A stretch of DNA of 64,000 nucleotides from Bacteroidia bacterium (GTDB taxonomy: Bacteria; Bacteroidota; Bacteroidia; CAILMK01; JACPUW01), in assembly GCA_049115495.1 (NCBI GenBank), contig JAGDZV010000001.1, positions 705,907 through 769,906 on the forward strand, written 5' to 3'. The notes below the pieces were generated by a model. That model ran no database searches. It was not told where the DNA came from and saw only the letters and a list, made by a program, of their open reading frames with translations. Each line of letters begins with the position of its first letter. The first letter of the stretch is position 1. A program made the position numbers and the translations under genes. Below, piece after piece: positions 28,430 to 35,532 of this stretch.

Positions 28430-31048
28430 TTGAAATACATACTAGCAATAGCTCTTTGTCTCTTTCTTGTTCCTTTTGCAAATGGACAGGATTACAAGCT
28501 CAATTGCGATTCTGAAACGCTTCCGCAAGTATTCTCAAAACTTGAAAAAGAGCATGGAGTTTATTTCTCTTACTCGGTTAATAGAATTGAAGAACAGAAG
28601 GTAACAGTAACTCTAAAAGCTAATGATCTAGGCTCTTTGCTAGATTCTCTTCTACACCCAATTGGTCTGCAAGCCAGAGAAATACGCAAAGGGTTCTACT
28701 TAGTTGAAACCCATAAAGAACGGCAGATTACTGTTAGCATTTTAGATGCTGAAACATCAGCGCCATTAGCCTTTGCAAATTGGCAAATTGGAAACAAACC
28801 TTTTGGTAGAGTTGCTAATGCAAAAGGCCAAGTTTACCTTACGGTAGAAGAGTTAAATCAAGACTTGCATTACGTCTCTTATGTGGGATATGAAACGATA
28901 GGTTTTCTAGTTGACCCAAACGAAATAGTTGAATCTACCATAGAGGTCAAGCTGCAAAAGGCCACGAAGGGTCTTGCCGAAGTTGTAATAATTGAATATA
29001 TAAACCGTGGAATATCAGTGCTTAGCGACTATACTACCACTCAAATTGACATTGAAAATCTCGAAATATTAGCCGGATTGCCTGAGAAAGACATTCTTCT
29101 TTCTACTCAAATGATTCCGGGGGTAGCTTCAAATGATGAAACCGCATCTGGTATAAATATTCGCGGTGGTGGTAAAGACCAAACCCTTATCTATTGGGAC
29201 CGTATTCCCGTATACCACGCTGCGCACTACTTCGGAAGTATTTCTTCGTTTATACCTTCTTCAGTTAATCAAATACAGGTGCATAGAAACTATATACCTG
29301 TGTACTTTAATGGAGCAACATCTGGGGTTTTAAATATCGAATCTTTTAACAAAGCGAATGGTGGTTTTGATGGTGATGTAAACCTAACAAGTACCCATTT
29401 AGACGCATCTGTTCATCTTCCCATTGCAAAAGGTTTAAAACTCTTTGCTGCAGGCAGAAACTCGTACAATCATTTGATTTCAACTCCTACTTTCAATTCA
29501 TTTTCTCAAAAAATGTTTGACGGCAGCAAAGTGGGCAATATTGCCAACAACAGTGAAGAAAACGACCTTGATTACTTATCGAGCCTTTTGTTTAAAGACT
29601 TGAATAGCAAGTTAATTTGGCAACCAAACAGAAATAACTTTCTATCTATTAGCCTTTTGGCTAACTCAAATAACTTGAACTTCTCTGCTGATAATGAAGA
29701 GTTTGAAAGGTTAGACTACCAGTTTCACGATGTGCTTTCAACTGGAGTGAACCTATTTTACAAAAGGAGTTGGTCAACCAAACTTAGCAGCGACTTTAGC
29801 TTAACAAGCACCAACTACCGAATGGAAAACCGCAGCAAAGAAGTATACCAAGAAGAAGGTGAACCAGAACAGGATGAGTTCATTAAAGAAATCACCAATA
29901 GCATGGAGAATATTGAAGGTAAACTTGGCATTACCTACTCATTTGATTCTTTGCACTTTCTAAGAATTGGTTATCAATACAACCAGATAAACAGCAGTCT
30001 AAATTATAAAGACAGCTCAACCTTTGACGATGAATATACGGACACCCTAGAAGCTGGCGGTTTCTTAAATGGTTTATATATTGACACTAGATTTGGTCTT
30101 GGAAATCGGTTAGAAATAAACCCACAATTCAGACTAGATTATTGGGTAGCAGGCGAAGAAGAGCGGGCCATACTTCCAAAACCATTGGTACACCTAACTT
30201 ACAAGGTAAATTCAAATCTTTCACTAAGGTCTTCTTTGGGAATCTATAGTCAATACATTAGAGCACTTGATGATCCAGAACTGGATATTACAAATATTTC
30301 TGAAAATATTTGGGTAGCCGCTAATGGTGAAGCTGTAGACCTACTGCGAAGTTCACAGGCCACTCTTGGGTTTATTTACGAGAATAAAGGATTTCTTTTT
30401 GACGCTGATGTTTTCTACAAACAGCTCGATGGGGTTATAGTATCAAACAAGTTCACTCAGGACGTAGAAGATGAAATTGAGTTTGCCGATGGAATGGGAA
30501 CGCTATATGGCTTAGACATAATGCTTAGAAAACGCAGCAAGTACTTTAGCAATTGGGTTAGCTATTCGTATAATCAAAGCAAGGTTGAGTTTGATGAATA
30601 CAGCAGCGGAAGTATAGTAGATTTCCTTAATAGACCACATCAACTTAGAATAGTAAGCGTGGCTACTTGGAAAAGACTTGAAGGATCAATTGGATGGATA
30701 TTTAAATCAGGAACACCTTTTACCGAAGCCGTAGGCGTTGTACAAAGGCTTGATGAAGAAAACGAGCCTTATACCGCCATTGAATGGGGCAGTATAAACG
30801 CTAGCCGACTAGAAAATTATCATAGACTTGACGCATCCCTTTGGTATGATTTCTCAAAAGAACACGCGCAATGGAAAGGTCGCGTTGGTTTCTCGGTACT
30901 AAACGTTTATGCAAGAGAAAATATTTGGAGCCGTAGGTACATTATTGAAGAAAACGAAGTAGGCAATGAGCTAACCTATGAACTCATAGAAGAAGAAAAG
31001 TTCTTTTTACCATTTACCCCAAGTTTTGCGTTTAGGGTATCATTTTAA
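28430..31048 (+). CDS. TonB-dependent outer-membrane receptor with N-terminal STN signalling domain
   Basis: A signal peptide and STN-like region (TLPQVFSKLEKEHGVYFSY) are followed by a plug region (IRGGGKDQTLIYWDRIPVY) and a long beta-barrel ending in an aromatic residue (…FRVSF). Confidence 0.7.
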   Translation: MKYILAIALCLFLVPFANGQDYKLNCDSETLPQVFSKLEKEHGVYFSYSVNRIEEQKVTVTLKANDLGSLLDSLLHPIGLQAREIRKGFYLVETHKERQITVSILDAETSAPLAFANWQIGNKPFGRVANAKGQVYLTVEELNQDLHYVSYVGYETIGFLVDPNEIVESTIEVKLQKATKGLAEVVIIEYINRGISVLSDYTTTQIDIENLEILAGLPEKDILLSTQMIPGVASNDETASGINIRGGGKDQTLIYWDRIPVYHAAHYFGSISSFIPSSVNQIQVHRNYIPVYFNGATSGVLNIESFNKANGGFDGDVNLTSTHLDASVHLPIAKGLKLFAAGRNSYNHLISTPTFNSFSQKMFDGSKVGNIANNSEENDLDYLSSLLFKDLNSKLIWQPNRNNFLSISLLANSNNLNFSADNEEFERLDYQFHDVLSTGVNLFYKRSWSTKLSSDFSLTSTNYRMENRSKEVYQEEGEPEQDEFIKEITNSMENIEGKLGITYSFDSLHFLRIGYQYNQINSSLNYKDSSTFDDEYTDTLEAGGFLNGLYIDTRFGLGNRLEINPQFRLDYWVAGEEERAILPKPLVHLTYKVNSNLSLRSSLGIYSQYIRALDDPELDITNISENIWVAANGEAVDLLRSSQATLGFIYENKGFLFDADVFYKQLDGVIVSNKFTQDVEDEIEFADGMGTLYGLDIMLRKRSKYFSNWVSYSYNQSKVEFDEYSSGSIVDFLNRPHQLRIVSVATWKRLEGSIGWIFKSGTPFTEAVGVVQRLDEENEPYTAIEWGSINASRLENYHRLDASLWYDFSKEHAQWKGRVGFSVLNVYARENIWSRRYIIEENEVGNELTYELIEEEKFFLPFTPSFAFRVSF

Positions 31049-31104
31049 GTAAGAAAACCCCACCCCCAAAGTGACAGTCATTTAACTCCAGAAATAGGGT
31101 TTCA

Positions 31105-31142
31105 CTAATTAGTTTAAAGATGAAAATTCAAAGTTTAAAGGT
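31105..31142. repeat. GGTTTAAAG-family repeat, copy B
   Basis: TAATTAGTTTAAAGATGAAAATTCAAAGTTTAAAGG. It is a direct repeat of the left part of copy C. Confidence 0.45.
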
Positions 31143-31170
31143 GGCTAACTTCTAACTTACCTTGTCTCCC

Positions 31171-31191
31171 TTCACGGATTCGAACCGAGAC
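31171..31191 (-). other. degenerate tRNA 3'-end fragment (T-arm-like), direct repeat of 33113-33140
   Basis: TTCACGGATTCGAACCGAGAC has a GGTTCGAATCC T-loop on the minus strand but only a 3-bp stem. No acceptor or anticodon arms could be built. Confidence 0.35.
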
Positions 31192-31370
31192 TTTTACAAA
31201 ATGTAAACAGCTGGGCTATAAATGCGCTTCCCTACTTTGATTCCTGTTCATTTCGGTGCAACTGCAAATTCTAGTCGTTAAAACGCGTAGTTTTAACCAC
31301 ATCAATCCCAGCACGCCGCGGTTACGAACTAGACTTTTACCGCCGCACTTCCTTTTATGCTAAAGGGAGT

Positions 31371-31445
31371 TTAATTAGTTTAAAGACTAGAGTTCAAGGT
31401 TTAAAGGAGTTATCTCTTTAAACTTTAAACCTTGAACTTTTAACT
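31371..31445. repeat. GGTTTAAAG-family palindromic repeat, copy C
   Basis: GTTCAAGGTTTAAAGGAGTTATCTCTTTAAACTTTAAACCTTGAAC forms a 15-bp near-perfect hairpin. It lies immediately downstream of the SPFH gene. Confidence 0.5.
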
Positions 31446-31450
31446 AGATG

Positions 31451-32551
31451 CTATCCTGATCCAAAAAGCTCTTTCAACTGGCCTGCTATTTGGCCACCAC
31501 CTGAAACAGAGATACCATTGATCTTTTCAGCGATTTTTTCAATGTATTCCATCTCTTTCAGTTTGAACAACATGCCGTTGTTTTCCATTAATTTGGCAGT
31601 GTTTAGCAAACTTCTAGTTGAAGCCGTTTCTTCTCTTCTGGTTATTACGTTAGCTTCAGCTTGTTTTTGGGCAATCAATACTTTGTTCATGATTTCTTTC
31701 ATGTCGCCATTCAAGATCACATCTCTCATACCGCTGCTCAAAACTTCTATACCCAAGGCTTTTGCTTGCTCACTTATCTGGCTTTGCACAAAACCTGAAA
31801 CTGCATCTTTTTTCTCAAGCAATTCGTCAAGGGTAAGCGCACCAACATAACTTCTCAAGGCCAACTGCACCAATACATAAAGTTGTTTTTGGTAGTCGTT
31901 GTTTTCGGTCAAAGCCTTTTCAATATCAACCACTTTGTATTTTACATCATAGTTGATTCTTATAGCAGCCTTGTCTTTGGTTAAAATCTCTTGGCCGTTT
32001 ACTTCTGCTTGCTGAGCTCTTATATCCGCTTTCAAAACTTCAATAGCAATCTCGTTTTTCCAGAAGTAGTAAGTACCAGCTCCAAGCGTTCTATCCAACT
32101 TACCGTCAATAAACAACAAGGCTTTTTGGTAGCTTTCTACTTTTACCTGTCTAATGTATTGCACCACGCCATACCTTTTCAATACTTCAAAGTCTACGTT
32201 TTCTGTAATCTCAACTTTGCTCAAATCGCAGTAAGTAAAATCGTACTCAACATAGCCATTCCAAAAGACATAGGTGCCAGATGTTAATACAGACTGGTAT
32301 CTACCATCTTGCTTACAAATAACAATCTGATTGTCTTTTACATCAACAACGGTTATGTAGTCTTGCAACAGCTCATGCATTGCCATTTGCTTACTATCCA
32401 ATTGTTTCAAATTGGCTCTTTCGCTCATTGATTGGCTAACAATGGATTCACCAAAGCCAAGCCAATAACTTCCTTCAGTTAGCACTCTCACTAACTTTTC
32501 TCTTTTAAACACAAGGCCTATAAAGCCTTGACTAATGGTTACTTTTCTCAT
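31451..32551 (-). CDS. SPFH/band-7 (stomatin/flotillin-like) domain protein
   Basis: Central SPFH block (ILTKDKAAIRINYDVKYKVVD...GMRDVILNGDMKEIMNKVLIAQKQAEANVITRREETA). No N-terminal TM helix is evident. Confidence 0.6.
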   Translation of the reverse strand: MRKVTISQGFIGLVFKREKLVRVLTEGSYWLGFGESIVSQSMSERANLKQLDSKQMAMHELLQDYITVVDVKDNQIVICKQDGRYQSVLTSGTYVFWNGYVEYDFTYCDLSKVEITENVDFEVLKRYGVVQYIRQVKVESYQKALLFIDGKLDRTLGAGTYYFWKNEIAIEVLKADIRAQQAEVNGQEILTKDKAAIRINYDVKYKVVDIEKALTENNDYQKQLYVLVQLALRSYVGALTLDELLEKKDAVSGFVQSQISEQAKALGIEVLSSGMRDVILNGDMKEIMNKVLIAQKQAEANVITRREETASTRSLLNTAKLMENNGMLFKLKEMEYIEKIAEKINGISVSGGGQIAGQLKELFGSG

Positions 32552-32593
32552 TTTATTGAGTTTTTAATTGGTTACTAATTCATTTTAAAGGTC

Positions 32594-32640
32594 ATCCTGA
32601 ACTTTTTGTTCCGAGATATTCGGGAGATTCAGGATCTTTT
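32594..32640 (+). repeat. nested hairpin with T-run (terminator-like), hairpin family member 1
   Basis: ATCCTGAA...(CCGAGATATTCGG)...TTCAGGAT-CTTTTG. The outer stem is the same as family member 3. Confidence 0.4.
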
Positions 32641-32694
32641 GATTGAGACCAAAATGTAGATTCTAAAATTCAAAATCTTGGTCCAATTGAGCAG

Positions 32695-32727
32695 ATTCCG
32701 GATCAAGTCCGGAATGACGTTTTTTTT
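32695..32727 (+). repeat. hairpin plus T8 (intrinsic-terminator-like), hairpin family member 2
   Basis: ATTCCGGA-TCAAG-TCCGGAAT-GACG-TTTTTTTT. The loop and tail are the same as member 3, but the stem carries compensatory changes. Confidence 0.45.
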
Positions 32728-33112
32728 CTAAAAAAGGCGGTACAAGCCAATGCTCCTTGCGTTGTGATGGAAACTGAATTGAGAAAGTGATGAAAGAGAG
32801 TTGGTTTCATCTTAATAGGCTTCTGATTTTCCACCAACCAGCGGAATGACAAAACCATTTCAATCAGAAATTCACTTCTTTATCAAAGTCGGTATCCTTC
32901 ATTTTCAAACCACAACATCAAGTGTTGTAAGTAGAACCTTCTGTCCTACTAATAACTGAGCATCAACCTGTGTGCCTTTGATCATTTGGTTGGCAGTGAT
33001 CATCTGCCGGGACATCCTGAGTTACTGTCAGGTGACATTCTGAAATCCAAATTCAGCGTCTTACACAACATGCGTTAACGGCGCACTGCTATACCACTTA
33101 GCTATCCGCATA

Positions 33113-33140
33113 TTCACGGAGTCGGATTCGAACCGACGAC
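33113..33140 (-). other. degenerate tRNA 3'-end fragment (T-arm GTCGG-TTCGAAT-CCGAC)
   Basis: TTCACGGAGTCGGATTCGAACCGACGAC. This is a direct repeat of 31171-31191 with a 7-nt insertion. The flanking 7-bp inverted repeat CTTAGCT/AGCTAAG does not give a canonical cloverleaf. Confidence 0.35.
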
Positions 33141-33250
33141 AGGTGTTAGTGCCTAATGCTTTTACCAAAAAGCTAAGGTTCATAATGAACCAGGGAGTCG
33201 AACCCAAAGGTTAAAGGCAAACCCTCAATACCAAAGAAGCATACAATTAG

Positions 33251-33275
33251 GTACTACCCATTGCACTATGGAGCC
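33251..33275 (-). other. tRNA 5'-half-like fragment (acceptor + D-arm)
   Basis: The minus strand reads GGCTCCATAGTGCAATGGGTAGTAC, an acceptor-like 7-mer plus a D-arm. No matching 3' acceptor strand is present. Confidence 0.3.
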
Positions 33276-33503
33276 ATACAGAAACTCACATCTGGTCAAT
33301 TGGTATTGATATTTTGAATGACCCCGATCCTGAGCCCGCCTTCCAGTTGAAGACGGGCAACAGTATTTAGAGTCAAATGCTCTTCTAATTCAAGAAATAA
33401 TTTTAGAGAAGGCTTCTCCTTTCCCCAGTTAGCCGTCTAAAAAGTCTTACGTTATTCCTAACTTGATTTGGAATCTGTTTATAAGTGTATTTCAATGTTT
33501 AAG

Positions 33504-33540
33504 ATCCTGAATCAAGTTCAGGATGACATTTTTTATTCTT
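33504..33540 (+). repeat. hairpin plus T-run (intrinsic-terminator-like), hairpin family member 3
   Basis: ATCCTGAA-TCAAG-TTCAGGAT-GACA-TTTTTTATTCTTTTT. Confidence 0.45.
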
Positions 33541-33565
33541 TTTAGACAGCTTCAGCTACATTTTG

Positions 33566-33639
33566 TGATCCCTATGGGACTCGAACCCATAACCCACTGA
33601 TTAAAAGTCAGCTACTCTGGCCAATTGAGCTAAAGGATC
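33566..33639 (-). tRNA. tRNA-Lys (anticodon UUU)
   Basis: The minus strand reads GATCCTT-TA-GCTCAATTGGCCAGAGT-A-GCTGA-CTTTTAA-TCAGT-GGGTT-ATGGG-TTCGAGT-CCCAT-AGGGATC-A. It has a 7-bp acceptor stem with one G-U, and the anticodon loop is CU-UUU-AA. No CCA is encoded. Confidence 0.8.
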
Positions 33640-33644
33640 TCTAT

Positions 33645-33715
33645 AGTTTTAAAGTGAAAAGTTTAAGGTTTAAAGGCTCTTTAAACATTGAACCTTAATC
33701 TTTAAACTTCTCTTC
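33645..33715. repeat. GGTTTAAAG-family repeat, copy D
   Basis: AAGTTTAAGGTTTAAAGGCTCTTTAAACATTGAACCTTAATCTTTAAAC lies between the tRNA-Lys 5' end and the WYL-PhyH gene. Confidence 0.45.
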
Positions 33716-33745
33716 GTCCTTCCGACGGTTCAAATATTTCGGCTC

Positions 33746-35524
33746 TTGTGCGCAGCCTATTTGCGCAATAAAAAAATAGGTGTATTTTTCTCAAAATTTT
33801 TTCTCGTGCCAGTAAATCGCAATGCGCTAATTAGATACAAGACCATTGATAAATGCCTGCAAAACCGCTACAGAAAGTGGACGCTAGATGATTTAATTGA
33901 AGCTTGCGGTGATGCACTTTATGAATATGAAGGCATAGACTCGGGCGTTAGTCGACGCACAGTTCAAGGCGATATTCAAATGATGCGCAGCGATAAATTA
34001 GGCTATAACGCACCAATTGTAGTGAAAGAGAAGAAATACTATTCCTATGAAGATGATGATTACTCAATCACCAATATTCCACTTACCGATCAAGATTTGG
34101 GTCATTTATCTGAAGCAGTTGAGTTCATGAAACAGTTTCAGGGTTTTTCGCACTTTAAAGAGCTAGACAGCATGGTGCAGAAATTAGAAGACCATATCTA
34201 TTCTCAAAAAACCAACACCCAAAGTGTTATTGATATAGAGAAAAATGAAAACCTAAAAGGTCTAGAGCATCTGAATACACTGTACAAGGCAATAATAAAT
34301 CAGCAGTGTATTAATATTCTATACCAATCATTTAAGGCTCGTGAACCTAAGAACTACGATTTTCATCCTTACCTATTAAAAGAATATAGAAATCGGTGGT
34401 TTTTGGTTGGCATGGTTGATAAACGAAGCGATATTCTGTTTTTGGCTTTAGATAGGATAATATCAATTTCAAAAAGTGAAAGAATCTTTAAAGAGAACCC
34501 TGAATTTGATTCGGAAACATTTTTTAAAAATGCCATTGGTGTTTCGGTTTCGCCAGGCTTAGAGCCTATTGAAGTTAAGCTTTGGATTAGTCAATTACAT
34601 GCCCCATATGTATTAACAAAACCGTTTCATCATAGCCAAAGGCTAGAAGAAAGAACACCATACGGAACCATAATTTCCTTTAAAGTTCTACACAATTTTG
34701 AGCTTGAAAAAGAGATTTTGGCCTTTGCCGATGGAGTTAAAGTGATTTCGCCACCAAGCCTAAAGCGCCGAATTGTGCAAAGGCTTAAGAATAGTGTTGA
34801 CATATACGATACCGAGCTTAGCGATAAAGGCATATTTAGCGCCAAAAAGCAATTAGAGCATAAAGGTTATGCCATTTTGAATAACATCTATTCGAGTAGA
34901 GACTTGAGAAAGATCAGCGGAGTTCTACAACACCAGGGCAAAAAGAATTACGGCCTTAGACAGCTATTCGAAAAATTTCCAGAGCTAGTAAAACTTGTTT
35001 TTAATGAAAACCTAAGAAAACTTGTAAAAGGAATTGATCCAAAATCTTTTGTGGTAAAATCTATCTACTTTGACAAACCGCAAGATGCCAATTGGTTTGT
35101 GCCATGGCATCAAGATATTCCGATTAATGTAAAGGAGAAAATAGAGACTAACGGGTTCGAAAAGTGGACTTTTAAAAAAGACATTCATAGCGTTTGGCCG
35201 CCTATTGAAGTAAACCACAACGCGTTTACAATTAGAATACATCTTGACAAGACAGACGCTAGAAATGGTGCGCTAAAAGTATTACCAGGCTCGCATAGAA
35301 AACGTTTTAGCAAAGAAGAGCAGAAATTGATTACCGAAAACAGCCAAGCCACCATTTGCGAAATTGAAGCCGGGGGTGTGCAGCTTATAAAGCCACTGCT
35401 TTTACATGCAAGCGATAAATCAACCACACAAAAAAAGCGAAGAGTAATTCACATTGAATTTGCTTCAATGGAGCTTGAAGGGGAGTTGGAGTGGTTAGAA
35501 AGGATTAACGACGCAACTTATTAA
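33746..35524 (+). CDS. HTH-WYL-WCX transcriptional regulator fused to a C-terminal PhyH-family Fe(II)/2-oxoglutarate dioxygenase domain
   Basis: The N-terminal ~350 aa form a complete PafC/YafY-like regulator. It has an HTH (YRKWTLDDLIEACGDALYEYEG-IDSGVSRRTVQGDIQMMRS), a WYL domain (HPYLLKEYRNRWFLVGMVDKRSDILFLALDRIISI) and a WCX end (ILAFADGVKVISPPSLKRRIVQRL). The C-terminal ~240 aa have the PhyH facial-triad motifs WHQD (HxD) and LKVLPGSHR. The real start is probably the GTG at about 33803 (VPVNRNALIRYK). Confidence 0.65.
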   Translation: MCAAYLRNKKIGVFFSKFFLVPVNRNALIRYKTIDKCLQNRYRKWTLDDLIEACGDALYEYEGIDSGVSRRTVQGDIQMMRSDKLGYNAPIVVKEKKYYSYEDDDYSITNIPLTDQDLGHLSEAVEFMKQFQGFSHFKELDSMVQKLEDHIYSQKTNTQSVIDIEKNENLKGLEHLNTLYKAIINQQCINILYQSFKAREPKNYDFHPYLLKEYRNRWFLVGMVDKRSDILFLALDRIISISKSERIFKENPEFDSETFFKNAIGVSVSPGLEPIEVKLWISQLHAPYVLTKPFHHSQRLEERTPYGTIISFKVLHNFELEKEILAFADGVKVISPPSLKRRIVQRLKNSVDIYDTELSDKGIFSAKKQLEHKGYAILNNIYSSRDLRKISGVLQHQGKKNYGLRQLFEKFPELVKLVFNENLRKLVKGIDPKSFVVKSIYFDKPQDANWFVPWHQDIPINVKEKIETNGFEKWTFKKDIHSVWPPIEVNHNAFTIRIHLDKTDARNGALKVLPGSHRKRFSKEEQKLITENSQATICEIEAGGVQLIKPLLLHASDKSTTQKKRRVIHIEFASMELEGELEWLERINDATY

Positions 35525-35532
35525 AATTGAAG

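Noticed and set aside
31171-31240. A bona fide tRNA on the minus strand ending at 31171 (GGGAAGCGCATTTATAGCCCAGCTG...GGTTCGAATCCGTGA).
   Set aside because: The T-stem has only 3 bp. No 7-nt anticodon loop could be formed (TTTAC-ATTTT-GTAAA gives a 5-nt loop). The acceptor strands are not complementary. It was called a degenerate fragment instead.
32552-33560. Possible tmRNA (ssrA) or RNase P RNA hidden in the 1.2-kb ORF-free region. T-arm-like GGTTCGAATCC motifs occur on the minus strand, and AAGTCCGG resembles the RNase P P4 sequence.
   Set aside because: No tmRNA 5' GGGGCUGAUUCUGGAUUCGAC-like start or ANDENYALAA/GENNYALAA-type tag reading frame ending in GCnGCnTAA could be found on either strand. 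The AAGTCCGG occurrence is simply one arm of a perfect 8-bp hairpin. The T-arm motifs are not adjacent to any acceptor strand. The elements are better explained as tRNA fragments or repeats.
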